A model generated the notes under the pieces. The model was not told where the DNA came from, did no database searches, and worked only from the letters and a program-made list of their open reading frames with translations. A stretch of 64,000 bases of DNA, taken from Lama guanicoe. Its lineage: Eukaryota. Positions 61,086 to 64,000 of this stretch are shown piece by piece (within the stretch, counting starts at the first letter, position 1; every line of letters starts with the position of its first letter). The DNA lies in contig MU054033.1 in assembly GCA_013239625.1 (NCBI GenBank), forward strand, positions 124,001 to 188,000, read 5' to 3'. The position numbers and the translations under genes were made by a program.

Positions 61086-63164
61086 CAGAGCATCTGCGTA
61101 GGAATTTATTTGATGGAAAGGTTCCGCTGCTATGGGACACTTCTGGTGATGTGGTGGCTGACTGGCTTAGCTCTGCGTCTGGCTAGTGTCGGGGTCATGA
61201 GTGAGACTCGCCAGGCGAGGCATGAGCTGAGGTCAAGGTGCCTCTGTGTGCCCATGACCTGACACAGGTGAGTCACTTGGCATCAGAGGGCAAGTCCACT
61301 TCCTTGAAAGCTTGCTGTCTGGGGCTGCTCCCCTGGACAAGGTTACGGCCAGCCCCGTGTGGCCTCTGGAGCAGCTCTCTGTGACCAGCCCTGTGTCCAG
61401 CCTGCTCTCCGGTGTCCCTGGGGCAGTTGCCCATCTGTCCTCTTCACCTTCCTCCAGCTGCTGGCCTGGCTCTCGAAAGGGACTTGAGGCTTTGATGGGG
61501 GCCTCTCGGAGGAGGTCAGAGCAGAGTGAGGTGGCCCGTTGAGGCCCCTGGATGCCAGGCACCCATCCTGGCCTTTGTTTCCCTTGGGGGAGCCTGGGAA
61601 ACAACAGAAACAAAATCCAACAAAAGCACGCATCCTTGGGTGCGGGGATGGCGCAGCCGTCAGCCGTGTGATTGATCTGGGCCTGGAGGCCTTTGAAGCA
61701 GGAGGCGATTGGACTCCTTGGAGGCTGGCCCCGTGGGGAGGCCCTGGGAACACCAAATGGAGAGGAAGACGCCAGTGGGTCCCAATGATTCTCTGGTCCT
61801 GAGGGCTTGTGAGGAAGGGGGTTCTTGGAAGTGAATTTCCCTGTCCTTTGGACCAGAGGCTCCTTCCTTCAGCTTTGTTCTGTTCCAAGGCACAGGGGTA
61901 GCTCTCAAGGCAGCAGGAAGTTCCCGAGGACGGGAAGAGGCATTGACTTGTGCTGGCCCTGAGTTTGCTAAGGAGGACCGCTGGCTGGCTCCCCAGTAGC
62001 TTCTTGGAGACCCCGGGTGAGGGGGCGCAGGGGTGCGAGGCCAGCTGATTCCCAGAGGGGCACCTGGTGTAGGGACCACTGGATGCTGGGGGGCGGGGGC
62101 TACACACGGAGCCGGACAGAGGGTAAGAGTCAGGGACGAGCATGTGTAGGGGTGTCAGCCTGCACCAAGGGGCCGCTGGGCATCTGACTGGAGGGCAGCT
62201 TTATAAGAAGGAGCCCAGAGGACGCCTTTTGGGTTGGCAACTAGACGTGTAGTTCTGATGCAGCCTTCTGATTGGGTCATGAGTTGTCAAGCACATAATT
62301 GTTTCACAGTTAAGATTCAGCTAGCTTTTTGGACATACGGTCACGTACTAGTTTAACTTCACTGCTGGCTAAATTCAGTGTGCCATCCTCATTCTATTTT
62401 GGAAGGAGGACAATCCTTTGTTTCGCAAGGCAGAGCCCAGACACAGTTACCTCTAATTAGTGAAGTGTTTTTAGAGTTCAGATAAGGTTCACTTACTTTT
62501 TTTTTTCTATGCTAAACTTTGAGCCCATTTATTTTCTTTCTTAAAAAAAAAATAATTAAGGGGAAAAAAAACCCCCAAATAGTCACATTTCTTCTAGTTG
62601 TCTAAGCACAATTTTCTATGGGGTCGAAAGCCAAGCTGATTCAGAACAAAAGAAAAGAAGGAACGTCCAAGTTTGGGTACCAGTTGATCTGCCTGGGATT
62701 AAGGTTTTAAAAGTGCTCTTTATAATGGCTTTTCTCCCCAGTGGTAGAAAGGGCCCTGCCCTGGGTTTTGGGGGTGTGCGTGGCAGGAGGGCGGAGGGTG
62801 GGGTGCCCTCATGATATAGAGGGAGCTGTGGCTGAGGCTCTGTTATCTATTTATAATTATGAGCATTTATTCAAAAAATCACTACGTGGAAACTCCCACA
62901 AAATCCTACTACATACTTTGTCTTTTTTCTAGACAGATACTTACAAAAGGGCCCTCCTGGCATTGGGGTGTGATCGAAAGGGACTTCATGTAGCTCCCTC
63001 TGGATCTTAATTTTAAATGAGGGTAATGCACTTATTCCTTGATTAGGTAGTAATCAAGAAAAGCAAAACAAGACAAAACCCCAGTAAACAAATGCTGATG
63101 GCTTGAGAAACAAAACTGAGAACTCGGTGTAAAGCTGGTCTGTGCGTCTCTTTTGTTTATGTAT

Positions 63165-64000
63165 TTTTAAAATCGCGGTAAAATGCACAGAACATAAAAT
63201 TAACCATTTTAAAGTGCACAGTCCGGTGGCATTTTGTCCGTTGGCAGACTTGTACAACCGGGGCCCTCTGTCTACTTCCGGAACACTTCCATCACTCCTA
63301 GAGAAAAACCCCTTGCACTAGCAGCGACTCCTCACTCCCCCCACCCCCCAGCCTTTTGCGACCACTGATCTACTCACTGTCTCTCTGGATTTGCCTACTC
63401 TGGAAATTTAATATAAATAGAAACATGCAAGATGTGGCCTTTGTATCTGGCTTCTTTCACCGAGCATAATGTTTTCAAGGCTCATCCACATTGTAGCATC
63501 CTTGCTTTGTTTTTAAGCACAGTGAGGTTATACCACGCACGGTGAACTGAGCTTGGCTGTTTTCACAAATAGGTCATACAGATCTTTCCGTATTAGTGCA
63601 CACCACACACTTTTCACTTCTTTAAACCTTGCTAATATCTGTCATTTGGGTATGCATTGTTTATTTCATTGGTCTCCTGTGGGTGGAGACGTCTGATTTT
63701 TCACAATTACGGAAAATAGTACATTTTTGGTTCTGCTACAGTGTGCATCTGTGGAGTCAGTTACCACAAGTGAATTTTTTTTGGTCCAAGATAATTTATA
63801 TAGATTGTTGACAGATTTTATAAGGTTGCTCTTCCAGAAGGGGGCAACAGTCTATGTTCCCAGTTTTTCTGTTTTTTTCCAAACCCCGACCAGCCCTGAA
63901 AGTTGTCAGGCATTTTAATCTTAGTAAGTCTGCAGCATAGAAATGGCATGTGATTTCTTTGTATTGACATTTTAAAAATTGTCCATGAGGCTGAATGTCT
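63165..64000 (-). mobile_element. Old L1M 3' end (runs off the window)
   Basis: aaaattaaccattttaaagtgcaca...accactgatctactc...tggcttctttcaccgagcataatgttttcaaggctcatcca. Confidence 0.8.

Noticed and set aside
61343..62143. 266-aa minus-strand ORF in ROR2 intron 1
   Set aside because: P/S/G-rich composition typical of GC-rich non-coding DNA, with no family resemblance or splice support.
1..64000. CRISPR array, operon, intact retrovirus, intact L1 or processed pseudogene
   Set aside because: No regularly spaced repeats and no intact gag/pol/ORF2 frames or intronless gene copies were recognised. The window is ordinary mammalian euchromatin.
49780..64000. ROR2 exon 2
   Set aside because: No matching coding exon was seen. 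ROR2 intron 1 is very long in mammals, so exon 2 should lie beyond the window.

Overview
Mammalian genomic DNA, very probably from a camelid (alpaca/llama/camel), because it carries about ten copies of a tRNA-Ala-derived SINE of the Vic-1 type plus short cetartiodactyl-style L1 3' ends. Two genes lie on the + strand in the same order and orientation as at human 9q22. The first is the last four coding exons and 3' UTR of SPTLC1 (serine palmitoyltransferase 1; exons 479-533, 5058-5175, 8179-8252, 10010-10103; distal poly(A) signal 11413). About 38 kb downstream is the CpG-island promoter and first exon of ROR2 (ATG 49572, MARGPA...), which runs into an assembly gap and is followed by about 14 kb of intron 1. 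The rest is intronic or intergenic DNA dense in L1, L2, MIR, MaLR/ERV LTRs and DNA transposons. The ORF-track ORFs are almost all spurious. I see no new multi-gene system. The most interesting signals are small-scale: an ERV LTR transcript end apparently retroposed by L1 (16.3 kb), a SINE/L1-tail chimera inside one TSD (19.5 kb), local GC/CpG peaks with a steep GC3 gradient in SPTLC1, a possible stop-free 192-nt exon circle, and several candidate ROR2 enhancers. Repeat family names come from remembered consensus sequences, not from a database search.
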